A stretch of 24,000 bases of DNA from an archaeon (GCA_043815805.1 JBDRIN010000103.1:1-24000), one strand, 5' to 3'. Positions 1-8,951 are shown, numbered from the stretch's first letter. Program-made: numbers and translations. The notes: generated from the sequence alone by a model not told the origin.

Positions 1-716
1 ATATCATAGGTCGGGTGGACTTCTGCGTCATCCATAACCATGAATACAAGCTCTTTTCCGTCCACAATCACAAATCTGCCCTTGCTGGTAGTGTGTCTCA
101 CTTCCGCAAGTCCTTTCAGGTCCTTCACAGCTTTCTCGTTCTCTTTTGTGATTGGAGCGGCAATTCTAATTTTTACTCCTCTCTTCTTCACTTCTTCGAA
201 AACAGGCTTTAGGCCTTCGATCTTTCTCATCAAACCCTGGGCGGTCGTCATGATGGTGACGGTCTTCTCTGCGTTCTTGATGGTCAATTCAAGATGGTTG
301 TACAGGTTGTGTCTGCCCTTTAAACTGCCACTCAGGTCTGATGGTTCAACTAATTCCACCCCTTGAGTATGCAATGAGTTCAACTCGTTGATGATCTCGG
401 TCTTCTTGAGATCTTCAAGTCTCTTTACTTTAATGTCCGCATCTGTCTTGACATTCTTCTTGACTCTCTCCAGGACTTCTTTTGGAGGGACTGCGATGTA
501 TTTGATAGGCTTTCCTATCTTCATAATCACAAAGCCTTTCTTTTCCAGGCTCTCTAGAATGTCGTAGCTCCTTGATCGGGGAACATTGGCTATATCGCTC
601 AATTCACCCGCAGTGCTTACTCCCCTGCTAAGCAAAGCAGTCCAAATTTTTACCTCATAGAGGTTTAGCGAGAAATATCGCCTTAACTTACTTAAAAATT
701 CCTCCTTCACAATCAT
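1..716 (-). CDS. TrmB-family archaeal transcriptional regulator (partial; C-terminus runs off the left window edge)
   Basis: Absent from the ORF track because it is open to the window edge. The ATG at 716 has GGGAGGT 6 nt upstream. My translation is MIVKEEFLSKLRRYFSLNLYEVKIWTALLSRGVSTAGELSDIANVPRSRSYDILESLEKKGFVIMKIGKPIKY..., the typical TrmB N-terminal winged helix. A coiled-coil stretch and a C-terminal domain (...GRFVIVDGKELVFMVMDD) follow. Confidence 0.8.
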   Translation of the reverse strand, partial: MIVKEEFLSKLRRYFSLNLYEVKIWTALLSRGVSTAGELSDIANVPRSRSYDILESLEKKGFVIMKIGKPIKYIAVPPKEVLERVKKNVKTDADIKVKRLEDLKKTEIINELNSLHTQGVELVEPSDLSGSLKGRHNLYNHLELTIKNAEKTVTIMTTAQGLMRKIEGLKPVFEEVKKRGVKIRIAAPITKENEKAVKDLKGLAEVRHTTSKGRFVIVDGKELVFMVMDDAEVHPTYD

Positions 717-856
717 TGTTCTACCTCCCTAAAGTAGGTATTAATCACCCCTTTTTAATATTGAACAGGTATAACTACTATATATATGTTACGGTTTTTT
801 ATGATTGACTGATAGTCAAAATCAGGTGTTTTTAGAGAATAGTCACAGAGGGGAGA

Positions 857-1555
857 CTACTTGCTAGCGTAATCTACAGCAGATTCTGCTAAAATTTGAA
901 GTGTGTCATAAACTTTAATATTCACATCTTCTTGGGTTATTGCTAGAGGCATTTCGGTACATCCTAAGATAACCGCTTTTGTTGATTGTAGTTCCATTTT
1001 TCTGATTATTGAAAGCACATCGTTTTTTGTTTTATCTTCTACTTTTCCGCTCATTACCTGTAGAATCAATTTTGTGATAAGAATGCCCTCTTTGTTAGTA
1101 GGAGAAACACAAGCAATATTGTTTTTACCCAATAGTTTCTGATAAAGCTGAAGCTTTAGCATAGTCTCTGAACCAAGAATGCCAACAGAACTGTGATTGG
1201 ATTGTTTGATCTTTTTCACTGTTTCTTCCAGTATACTGATTATCGGAATCGAGAAGAGAAGCCTTAAGCTATCAATGAAGTGATGAACCGTATTGCACGG
1301 TATCACGATAAAATCACAGCCTGCCTTTTCTAGTGTGTTAACTCCATGAATAAGTTGGTTTAAAACCCCTGTTTTATCCACTATGCCTGTTTCGTCCAAT
1401 CCAGATAATGGAAGAGAATACATGATCATCGGAGGGAAATCTGTATCTTGGACAGCACCATATTTTTTTTGGCAATACTTGATTATCTTTTGGTAGAAAC
1501 TTGCCGATGATTCGGGTCCCATCCCTCCAAGGATCCCTATCTTTTTAAATTCCAT
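857..1555 (-). CDS. aspartate racemase (Asp/Glu/hydantoin racemase family)
   Basis: 232 aa. It has the N-terminal IGILGGMGPESS motif and both catalytic Cys motifs (VIPCNTVHHF and ILGCTEMPL) typical of PLP-independent aspartate racemases. Confidence 0.85.
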   Translation of the reverse strand: MEFKKIGILGGMGPESSASFYQKIIKYCQKKYGAVQDTDFPPMIMYSLPLSGLDETGIVDKTGVLNQLIHGVNTLEKAGCDFIVIPCNTVHHFIDSLRLLFSIPIISILEETVKKIKQSNHSSVGILGSETMLKLQLYQKLLGKNNIACVSPTNKEGILITKLILQVMSGKVEDKTKNDVLSIIRKMELQSTKAVILGCTEMPLAITQEDVNIKVYDTLQILAESAVDYASK

Positions 1556-2315
1556 ATTTTCCCACCTCGATTTCCACAGAAGGGCCTAATGACAGGGATC
1601 CGGATAATTTTGCAACGGTTTGCAGTAAATCGATAGCTGGTTGAACAAAATGAAGACTTTCGCTTTCATTCGCAGACACGTTGGAAGAGTCAATAGAGGC
1701 GTGTTGCGGGGAATTGGAGGTAGAATAAAAAAAAGGAAATATCTTTGTCGTGTCAACTCCAATTTTCTTCAAGATGGTCAAAGTTCCTTTTTGTTGGGAG
1801 GTATATTGCTGGTCGAGTATGGTCACGCACCCATCTGCAACTTCAAGTTTTTCCATGTAGAGGCATGCATCTAACAGGGAACACATATATTTTTCATTTT
1901 CAGGATCATAAAGCAGGATCTTTCCTTTTTGAAGAACTGTCTTGCCGTTGTGGTAAGGGCTAGTATAACTTTTTTTCTCTAGATAGCCAATGATTTCTTT
2001 GGCTTTTTCTACGAGGTCAGCTTCGTATACGACTTCATCAGGTGCAAATCCCAAGCCAGATAAAGAGGCGATGTAGCTTTCCACATCCAGATCTTGTGGC
2101 TTATTTCCAAAGTGTGGATTGTAATTGTCTATGAAAAGCCATTTTTTGATTTCTGCTCCAAACAGTTCAAGATAGTTGGATAGCAGGTTTCCACACATAG
2201 CACCAATCTTATGCTCTAATCCTGGCTGTTCATCAGTATATATATGTCCTGCTTCTACAATGATGCTTGGTTTTTTCTCGTTTTTTGGAAATTTTAATTG
2301 CAGTGTTTTGGTCAT
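1545..2315 (-). CDS. hypothetical protein, 256 aa (start trimmed to MTKTLQLKF...)
   Basis: The track ORF 1545..2549 has a hydrophobic, low-complexity N-terminal 78 aa that crosses the divergent promoter and the start of the 2464 gene. The ATG at 2315 leaves a normal intergenic region. The 3' end overlaps the racemase start by 11 nt on the same strand. I recognise no family. Confidence 0.6.
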   Translation of the reverse strand: MTKTLQLKFPKNEKKPSIIVEAGHIYTDEQPGLEHKIGAMCGNLLSNYLELFGAEIKKWLFIDNYNPHFGNKPQDLDVESYIASLSGLGFAPDEVVYEADLVEKAKEIIGYLEKKSYTSPYHNGKTVLQKGKILLYDPENEKYMCSLLDACLYMEKLEVADGCVTILDQQYTSQQKGTLTILKKIGVDTTKIFPFFYSTSNSPQHASIDSSNVSANESESLHFVQPAIDLLQTVAKLSGSLSLGPSVEIEVGKYGI

Positions 2316-2433
2316 TTTGATAACCTTTAGTTTTTCTAAGTAAAGGTGGAGTAATATAACAAAGATATATGTTTGATGTCCAATATTAGACGAGAATAAA
2401 CAATAGTGTTTTAAATGGAACAATATAGTAAAA

Positions 2434-2441
2434 TTTATAAA
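2434..2441 (+). promoter_or_regulatory. TATA-box candidate (TTTATAAA) for the 2464 gene, leaderless geometry
   Basis: The box centre lies about 26-27 nt upstream of the ATG at 2464. No SD-like sequence lies in between. Confidence 0.45.
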
Positions 2442-2463
2442 GGGGGATAAATTATATGTTCTT

Positions 2464-3102
2464 ATGACACCTTCAACAACAGAACAAACAATCGAATACA
2501 TCAAAGAACACCCGCACATCAAGAATTGTCTAAAAAAAGGGCTAATCAATTACTCTTCTTTGGCCAGATTGATAAGTAAAGAGTTGAAAATTGAAAAAAC
2601 ATCCTCTAAAGAGGCCATTTTGATCGCAGCAAGAAGATTTCAGGAAAAGCTGAAGAAAGAACTAGATAACGAGAACAAAATAAGAACGTTATTAAGTGAA
2701 TCTGAAATAGAAATTAAAAATAAGATTAGCGTCTTAATATTGAATAAACTCATCAATATGGATTGCATTATTGAATTTCAAAAGAATGTCAACAAGGAAA
2801 ATGGAACCCTGTATGTTTTGGAAGGAACAGACAATTATACCTTGATTACGCAAGAAAAATATGCTCAGAAATTACTTAAAAAATTTAAGAATAGCGTGAT
2901 CAGATTCCATAAAGACCTGGCCATAATAGATTTCAAGTCTCCGGAAGAGATCGAGGAGATTATCGGCGTCTTATCCTATCTCACTTCTCTTTTTGCCGAG
3001 AATGGCGTAAATATTATTGAATTTCTTTCTTGCTGGAGAGATACCATTTTTGTTATTGATAAGAACGATGTGAATAAGGCAATCACCTTCTTGAATTTCT
3101 AA
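2464..3102 (+). CDS. archaeal HTH + ACT-domain protein (predicted amino-acid-metabolism regulator, COG2150-like)
   Basis: 212 aa. The N-terminus IEYIKEHPHIKNCLKKGLINYSSLARLISKEL matches my memory of the archaeal ACT-domain regulator family. The C-terminus (EEIIGVLSYLTSLFAENGVNIIEFLSCWRDTIFVIDKNDVNKAITFL) looks like an ACT fold. Confidence 0.6.
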   Translation: MTPSTTEQTIEYIKEHPHIKNCLKKGLINYSSLARLISKELKIEKTSSKEAILIAARRFQEKLKKELDNENKIRTLLSESEIEIKNKISVLILNKLINMDCIIEFQKNVNKENGTLYVLEGTDNYTLITQEKYAQKLLKKFKNSVIRFHKDLAIIDFKSPEEIEEIIGVLSYLTSLFAENGVNIIEFLSCWRDTIFVIDKNDVNKAITFLNF

Positions 3103-3115
3103 CCAGAATTCAGCC

Positions 3116-3961
3116 TTATTTCTTCACAACATAAAACACTTCATTGCTTACAGAAAACGTCTTATACTTCTTCTTCATCTTCTCTAACATCTTCTCCAGC
3201 CAGACTCTGCGCTCTTGCTTGATGCTCTTCTTGCCGCCGATGGAGACTGTTGGGAATGAAACAACTAAATACTTGCAGTTCACGGCTTTTATGAGCTTCT
3301 CGCTGATGTTTCTTTCTACGGTTTCTAATGAATCCAGAGTTTTGAACATGAAGCATACGTCTGCTTTGAGTTTTTTCAGCATTGAGGCAGCGTTCTTGTC
3401 CAAGAGATCAAAGGCAAAGCTCATTCCATCGATCTCCAGGCGCTTGAAGTATTCTTCCAGGAAGAGGCAGTCATCGCTGGCCAGCTCTGTAGCAATATAT
3501 TTGGGTGTGAACTTGAGATACGGGTAAGAGAAAGGGTTCAATCCACAGGCAACATCAAGGATAGTCTTTGCTTTGCCTGTGATTTTGAATATGTTCTCGT
3601 ATATTTCGGAATAGTACGGTAGACGCTCTTTTGTTGACTGGTGCATCTTGAGCATCTTGTTGTAATTATCTATAACAGGATTTTTCTCCAGATCCAAAAG
3701 CTGCAATATTCTTTTTGGTTTATTGTCAAGTATGAAGACTCCGTAGATCTCTCTGAGCTCTTTCCTTATGGGCTTTACAATCTTTGAGTAATCTTTGCTC
3801 CTGCAGAATTCTTTGAAGCTTTTTTTCTCAGCATATCTCTTTTTTATCTCTGGATTTTTCTTGAAGAAAGCATTTATCTTGCTCTTTACGAATTCATCAT
3901 CGAGATTGCGCAATTCTTTCTTGGCTTTCACAGCCAATATTAGATCTTTCAAGCTTTCCAC
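3116..3961 (-). CDS. FmrO/Rmt/ArmA-family 16S rRNA (guanine-N7) methyltransferase homologue
   Basis: 281 aa. Motifs MHQSTKERL, IYENIF, ILDVACGLNPFSY, VVSFPTVSIGGKK and the C-terminal EVFYVVKK line up with RmtB/ArmA blocks as I recall them (LHASTKERL, LYDFIF, VLDIACGLNPLAL, VSFPTRSLGGRGKG, ELIYLIKK). The start overlaps the pelota 3' end by 13 nt. Confidence 0.8.
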   Translation of the reverse strand: MESLKDLILAVKAKKELRNLDDEFVKSKINAFFKKNPEIKKRYAEKKSFKEFCRSKDYSKIVKPIRKELREIYGVFILDNKPKRILQLLDLEKNPVIDNYNKMLKMHQSTKERLPYYSEIYENIFKITGKAKTILDVACGLNPFSYPYLKFTPKYIATELASDDCLFLEEYFKRLEIDGMSFAFDLLDKNAASMLKKLKADVCFMFKTLDSLETVERNISEKLIKAVNCKYLVVSFPTVSIGGKKSIKQERRVWLEKMLEKMKKKYKTFSVSNEVFYVVKK

Positions 3962-4998
3962 CTTAAGATACAGGCTATGCCTCCAAGGCCATCAAGTTTT
4001 TTTGAGCCTTCATCGCTGGAAATGATATGTATCTTGCCTTTTACATTGTCTGCTGTCTTCATCAGGGCGTCCAGTTCAGCATACCTGTTCTCTTCTCTTT
4101 TTTCATGGATGAAATTGTCTGTTACAAATAGATCTTTTATGTTGCCATTATTGACTTGTTCGCTGACTTCCTTCAGGCCATAGCCTGCCTGGTTGTTTGA
4201 TATGGCCTGCAAAAGGGCATCTATAAGTTTTATTTCCTGAGCTATCTTGTCTTGCTCCAAGACTTGCTTCAGTTCTGGCCGTTTTATGATCTCATCGATT
4301 GCTTTCTCATTCACAGAAGAGCAAGTCGCCAGTGTGATCTTTGATTTCAGCTCTTCAGGAACTTCTTTCATCAAGTATTCTTTCCAAAAGCTTGGGCTGG
4401 CGATGATTATGTTCTTTAGACCGTATCTTTTGTCATAATCCAGGATCTGCTTCACGAGTTCCTTGTAGAAATCCCCTTTTGATTTTTCCGGCGAGTCTTT
4501 TTTTGCGACATCACCCTTCATGCTGCTCAAAATTTCATGACCTTGGTTCTTCAGCATGGCAAAATATGCTTCTTCGCGGTCAAAGGTCAACACAAGGATC
4601 TTCAGCGGCTTTGCTTTCGCTGCTTCATCAAGCTTTTCAATTTGGAATGATAACCATTTGGTTTTTGTTATTGTGATGACGGTCTGTTCTTCAACATTGA
4701 AAGTATGATAAGAGCCATGAGCGACATCTTCTGGGCCTTCTTCTACAGTTCCAGAGACCCTTAGGATGTTTGAATACTTGTGAAACTCGAGTTTCTCGAC
4801 CCGTATTTTCATGAAGACCCATTTCTTCACCACCTTCATGTTTCTTGCATCGGTCTCTCCGATCTTGATCTTCCTTTCAGTCTTGCCGCTAACAAGATCC
4901 CCAGGTTCTATGATATGGCTAAGATACCACAGGTCATCCATGTTTTCAACCTTTACAATGGCTAGGTTGTGCTTCAGGTCTTTCTTTATTATTTGCAT
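3949..4998 (-). CDS. pelA: mRNA surveillance protein Pelota (aRF1-related ribosome rescue factor)
   Basis: 349 aa. The N-terminal Sm-like domain (VKVENMDDLWYLSHIIEPGDLVSGKTERKIK) plus the central and C-terminal eRF1-like domains are typical of archaeal Pelota. Confidence 0.9.
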   Translation of the reverse strand: MQIIKKDLKHNLAIVKVENMDDLWYLSHIIEPGDLVSGKTERKIKIGETDARNMKVVKKWVFMKIRVEKLEFHKYSNILRVSGTVEEGPEDVAHGSYHTFNVEEQTVITITKTKWLSFQIEKLDEAAKAKPLKILVLTFDREEAYFAMLKNQGHEILSSMKGDVAKKDSPEKSKGDFYKELVKQILDYDKRYGLKNIIIASPSFWKEYLMKEVPEELKSKITLATCSSVNEKAIDEIIKRPELKQVLEQDKIAQEIKLIDALLQAISNNQAGYGLKEVSEQVNNGNIKDLFVTDNFIHEKREENRYAELDALMKTADNVKGKIHIISSDEGSKKLDGLGGIACILRWKA

Positions 4999-5018
4999 GC
5001 AGCAGAAGAAGGAGAGCT

Positions 5019-5028
5019 TATTTTAAAA
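5019..5028 (-). promoter_or_regulatory. TATA-box candidate (TTTTAAAATA on the minus strand) for pelota
   Basis: Centre is about 26 nt upstream of the ATG at 4998. Confidence 0.4.
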
Positions 5029-5067
5029 GCTTTCTGATGTTATTTTCTATATGGAAAAGAATCAAGG

Positions 5068-5075
5068 TTTATAAG
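5068..5075 (+). promoter_or_regulatory. TATA-box candidate (TTTATAAG) for the 5098 gene
   Basis: Centre is about 26 nt upstream of the ATG at 5098. Confidence 0.4.
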
Positions 5076-5097
5076 AAAGAGAGTATTTCCGAAGGGG

Positions 5098-6060
5098 ATG
5101 TTAGAAGAAATAGTCAATTTAGCATTACCTTTTGGAATGGGCGCAAGCATAGGCAGTGGTTTAGAAGTTTTCAGGTTAAAAAGCGAACCAGGTATGTATC
5201 AAAAACTTAGAACAAAGAAATTCGTAGCACTCGAAGTAGGAGCGTGTGCTTTTATAGCGAGCGTTTTGGCAGCTTTACATTATTTTTCTGACGGAGAATC
5301 TCTAATGGATTCCATCCAAGCAGGAGCACTTCCAGCTGCGGGCTTATTAGCAGGCACGGAAATCACAAGGAGCATAACGCATTTTTCCCAATTATTTTCG
5401 CGAAGAATCACCCTGGGAGAATATGAAAGATTAGATGCGCTCTATAACAAAGCTATTGACCTTGCTAAAGATCCCTTTGCTAGACTGGAAACAATACACG
5501 CCAGGAAATACTTCTTGGAATGTGTTGCTGAACTGCAAAAAAAGAAAGGCGTGGTAGAGATAGTGAAAACATTAGATTCTTATGCTAATATGAAAAAATC
5601 AGCCATAGAACAGGAATGTGTGAACGACTTAGTTTATACACAACTGCCTCGTTTGGAGAGAACTGAAACGTCGCAGGGTAACATAGCCGTGTTTAATGCG
5701 GCGCTCTACACGATATTTTCAAATGAAGCACCCAGCTGTGCTTTTGTTCTTTGGCCGGACAGAAAGCTTGAGTATTTCGCTTTTCACATTGTTTTTGATG
5801 AACAAAAGAATTCTTCTCATGCTTACATGGAAGGTGACCTTGTGGAATTACCATATGATCCAGAACATTCTACCCCAATACCTGCTGAAATTGTAAAAGA
5901 CGCTTTTGACAGATCAATCCTTATCTGTTCACCTAAGCCTTTAGGGAAAGACACCCAAGATTTTAGAACCAGTACAAAGGCGAATATCATGGGCATGGGT
6001 GCCCAGATACATCGCGATGTTTATAAGGGTCTTACGACTCCTCAAGGCCCTGTTCACTAA
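5098..6060 (+). CDS. hypothetical protein, 320 aa, with hydrophobic N-terminal segments
   Basis: Long ATG ORF with its own TATA box. The N-terminal 100 aa contain Gly/Ala-rich hydrophobic stretches (VALEVGACAFIASVLAALHYF, AGALPAAGLLAG). I recognise no family. The 3' end overlaps the convergent radB by 29 nt. Confidence 0.55.
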   Translation: MLEEIVNLALPFGMGASIGSGLEVFRLKSEPGMYQKLRTKKFVALEVGACAFIASVLAALHYFSDGESLMDSIQAGALPAAGLLAGTEITRSITHFSQLFSRRITLGEYERLDALYNKAIDLAKDPFARLETIHARKYFLECVAELQKKKGVVEIVKTLDSYANMKKSAIEQECVNDLVYTQLPRLERTETSQGNIAVFNAALYTIFSNEAPSCAFVLWPDRKLEYFAFHIVFDEQKNSSHAYMEGDLVELPYDPEHSTPIPAEIVKDAFDRSILICSPKPLGKDTQDFRTSTKANIMGMGAQIHRDVYKGLTTPQGPVH

Positions 6061-6709
6061 TCCTAAAAACAACCTCTTTCTCAGGCAGACTCCTATGCTT
6101 CCTGAGGATAGCTTTCTTTTTAGAATCTTCAAGGTTCTGCAGTTCTATCAATGTCTTGCTGGCATACTTGATTATGTCACCGCCGATTGCTTTGACCTTG
6201 CCACGTTCTGGATCTTTAAGGTCTGCGTAGACCTGGTTTGTGATTAAGATAGGCACATGAAACTTAGTTGTGATATCTCCTAATTCTCCTAGTTGAATCC
6301 TGAGATTTCTATTGGCGTCAAATACGTTTCTGCTCTGGCTCAGCTCGACTCTGTAAAGAGTTGCAATTGTGTCAATGATCACTGCACCGATTTTCGGGCT
6401 CATCATCTTCTTTAGGTTCAACAACATGTCTTTCTGATCTTCCAAGCTGACAGGCCTCACGAAGATTATCCTATCCAAAGCTTTCTTATAATTAGGGCAT
6501 ATCTGCTTGAACCTTGCCAGTGAGAAAGACCCTTCTGTATCAACATAGATCACCACTTTGTCAGTCATAGAGTGAGCAACGAACATAAGAGCAAGATTGG
6601 TCTTCCCACTGCCTGCAGGGCCATAGATAGTCGTGATAGAATCCTTGTCATAGCCGCCTTCCAGCAGCCAATCCATAACGGCAGTACCGGTACTTAATTT
6701 AGTTTCCAT
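6032..6709 (-). CDS. radB: DNA repair and recombination protein RadB (archaeal RecA/RadA paralogue)
   Basis: 225 aa. It has Walker A (IYGPAGSGKTNLAL) and Walker B-like (AVIIDTIATLY) motifs. The short RadA-core-only architecture is typical of RadB. Confidence 0.85.
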   Translation of the reverse strand: METKLSTGTAVMDWLLEGGYDKDSITTIYGPAGSGKTNLALMFVAHSMTDKVVIYVDTEGSFSLARFKQICPNYKKALDRIIFVRPVSLEDQKDMLLNLKKMMSPKIGAVIIDTIATLYRVELSQSRNVFDANRNLRIQLGELGDITTKFHVPILITNQVYADLKDPERGKVKAIGGDIIKYASKTLIELQNLEDSKKKAILRKHRSLPEKEVVFRISEQGLEES

Positions 6710-6730
6710 GAAAAAAAGAAAAAGAGATTG

Positions 6731-6738
6731 GTTTATAT
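6731..6738 (-). promoter_or_regulatory. TATA-box candidate (ATATAAAC on the minus strand) for radB
   Basis: Centre is about 26 nt upstream of the ATG at 6709, and the box begins only about 11 nt beyond the stop of the upstream transporter gene. Confidence 0.35.
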
Positions 6739-6748
6739 GATTTCCGCC

Positions 6749-8947
6749 TCAGGCCAGCACATCCTCTGTGGTCGAGTCTGCTATGAAAAGGAAGGTTTTT
6801 TTCTCAGCGTTGGATATGCTCTGGATGGTCCTGGCGCTTGTCCGCATGTTGAAGGGTACGATATGGATATCCCCTCGTGGGGCTTTCCGCAAGGTTTGCC
6901 TGAAGGTCTTTGTAGACACATTGATCTTAGTGGTCGATGGGAACCTTGCTTCATAGACTAGCTTTTTCAGATAGCGCCTGGCTTCTGCCTCAGAATCCTT
7001 GTCAACGCAGATCCATAGATTAAGGTTTCCTGCCCAATTCCGAGACAGGCGATAACCTATGAGCATGGCCAAGTCATAATCCTTGTCCTTGTACATCTCC
7101 TTATTGATTATGGTGGGAGGAAGCCATACATGGATGTCCTCTTCAGAGCCCAAGCCAGTCTCTTTATCCCTATCTACTAGAACGATACCAACATGGTTCT
7201 TCCTTGCGACATCAAATATCTTTGCTAAGAAAGTCTTGGCTATATTTTTCGGCTTGAAAGACAGGAACAATATGTTTGGATGGAAGATCTGCCCTTCTAT
7301 GGCTTCAAGGGATATGCATACTCCGCGAGCATAATTTTCTACTGAAACGACAGAAGAAGAGGTGAAGATGCCTTCTTCGCCGAATTTCATGGCAAGACCA
7401 GGAATTTCTTGCATCTCTTTTTTCATCTGTTTTTTTGAGATGGTGATTTCTTCCGGGGCCGAAGCGGCATTAGACAGGTCTAAGCCCAAGATGGTCATGG
7501 TGCCATGGGGGAAAATGATGGCTTTTATCAAAGGAAAATTGCCAAGCAAAGTGCTTGTGGACACAACAGGAACCAGTACGCTCGGCTTCCATGTGTGCTT
7601 TGTGTCTTCAGGCAAAGTGAGGACTTTCCTGGCAGCCCATTCAGATAGGGCTAGGAAAAGACCGGAACGTATGTCACCTTCCCTCGCCTTTATCCTTCTC
7701 TTGACCAGGAAAAGATAGCTTAAGAAAAGGAATATGGTGGCTGCCATGCCAGCGATAACATTTATCAGGAACATGAAAACTATAGAACTTAAAGCTCCGT
7801 AAAGAGGGACGAACTTATTGAGCTTCAGGGTCGGCCTGAAACTGACTAATCCTAAAGATTGTTCTATGAAGACAACGATGTTTATCATAGCATAGGTTAT
7901 GAGAAAGAATATGGTCAACACAGGGGCCACAGCGTTAAGGTTTCCAATGAAGATTATAACCAGAATGAAGACAAAAGAGAATAAGATGGCATTATGAGGG
8001 ATTCCTACCCTGCTTTTTTTAGAGAAAAACCTGCTTCCAGGCAGGATGGAATGGTCTCCCATTGCCTGCAACAGCCTTGGTGCAGCCACAGATGTTGTCA
8101 GGGCGCTTGAGAATGCGGATGCCAAAAGACCTGCCAAAACCAACGGTCCATAGTAAGCTAGAGAAATCATTATTTTTGTGTCAGATATAAGCTGCCCAGA
8201 AGTAGCAGACTTGCTCAGCCAAAAAGCTGTCAATAGATAAATGGCCGCTGTCGAGACAATAGCCCAGATGATTCCTTTAGGTATCTGTCGTTTCGGATCC
8301 TTAAGCTCTCCAGATAATCCTATACCTACCATAAGACCCGTGACAGCAGGGAAGAATAATGCGAACAGAAGCCAGAACGAACCGCTTACTAGGGGTACTG
8401 GTTGAGGGGCAGATACCATGCTTCCGAACCAGTTCCCTCCAAGGAATAATGAGATGAATGTGGCGATAAGCAATCCAAAGACGAATATTTGGGCTTTCAC
8501 TGCCAACCGTGTGCTTAGGAAAGTCATGAGAAAAAGAACAAGGAGAGTTATCAACAGCACAAGAATGACTGGGTGACTTGGGAAGATATATGCCCAACCT
8601 TCTACAAAACCGAATATATACAGCGCAATAGAGAGGACTTGTGCAAGGAAGAGAGGTATGCCCACGCTTCCTCCCACCTCAAGACCAAGAGACTTGGATA
8701 TGATAGAGTAAGCGCCACCAGAACCGATCCTTATGTTGGTTGTTATGGAGCTCAATGACAAGCCAGTGCATAAGGTTGTTGAGACGGCCAGGAGTATTAT
8801 TATAAATGTCTGCAATACGCCTGCAGACCCGACAATATACCCAAGACGGAGAAAAAGAATCACGCCGATAATGCTCAGAAAAGTAGGGAGGAAGACTCCG
8901 TTGAAAGCCCCGAACTTCGGCACAGCTGTTGTTTTTTTCTCACCCAT
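6749..8947 (-). CDS. cation:chloride cotransporter (SLC12/CCC) family permease with a large cytoplasmic C-terminal domain
   Basis: About 732 aa from MGEKK (alternative start 8989). The TM1 region KFGAFNGVFLPTFLSIIGVILFLRLGYIVGSAGV resembles the SLC12 signature (KFGW.KGV......I.GV.LF.RL.W.VG.AG). An APC-fold core of about 12 TM helices is followed by about 270 aa of soluble C-terminal domain, as in prokaryotic CCC homologues. Confidence 0.8.
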   Translation of the reverse strand: MGEKKTTAVPKFGAFNGVFLPTFLSIIGVILFLRLGYIVGSAGVLQTFIIILLAVSTTLCTGLSLSSITTNIRIGSGGAYSIISKSLGLEVGGSVGIPLFLAQVLSIALYIFGFVEGWAYIFPSHPVILVLLITLLVLFLMTFLSTRLAVKAQIFVFGLLIATFISLFLGGNWFGSMVSAPQPVPLVSGSFWLLFALFFPAVTGLMVGIGLSGELKDPKRQIPKGIIWAIVSTAAIYLLTAFWLSKSATSGQLISDTKIMISLAYYGPLVLAGLLASAFSSALTTSVAAPRLLQAMGDHSILPGSRFFSKKSRVGIPHNAILFSFVFILVIIFIGNLNAVAPVLTIFFLITYAMINIVVFIEQSLGLVSFRPTLKLNKFVPLYGALSSIVFMFLINVIAGMAATIFLFLSYLFLVKRRIKAREGDIRSGLFLALSEWAARKVLTLPEDTKHTWKPSVLVPVVSTSTLLGNFPLIKAIIFPHGTMTILGLDLSNAASAPEEITISKKQMKKEMQEIPGLAMKFGEEGIFTSSSVVSVENYARGVCISLEAIEGQIFHPNILFLSFKPKNIAKTFLAKIFDVARKNHVGIVLVDRDKETGLGSEEDIHVWLPPTIINKEMYKDKDYDLAMLIGYRLSRNWAGNLNLWICVDKDSEAEARRYLKKLVYEARFPSTTKINVSTKTFRQTLRKAPRGDIHIVPFNMRTSARTIQSISNAEKKTFLFIADSTTEDVLA

Positions 8948-8951
8948 TTTT

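Noticed and set aside
2316-2549. N-terminal 78-aa extension of track ORF 1545..2549
   Set aside because: The extension is hydrophobic junk-like sequence. It runs through the divergent promoter (TATA at 2434-2441) and overlaps the start of the 2464 gene. The internal ATG at 2315 gives a clean gene.
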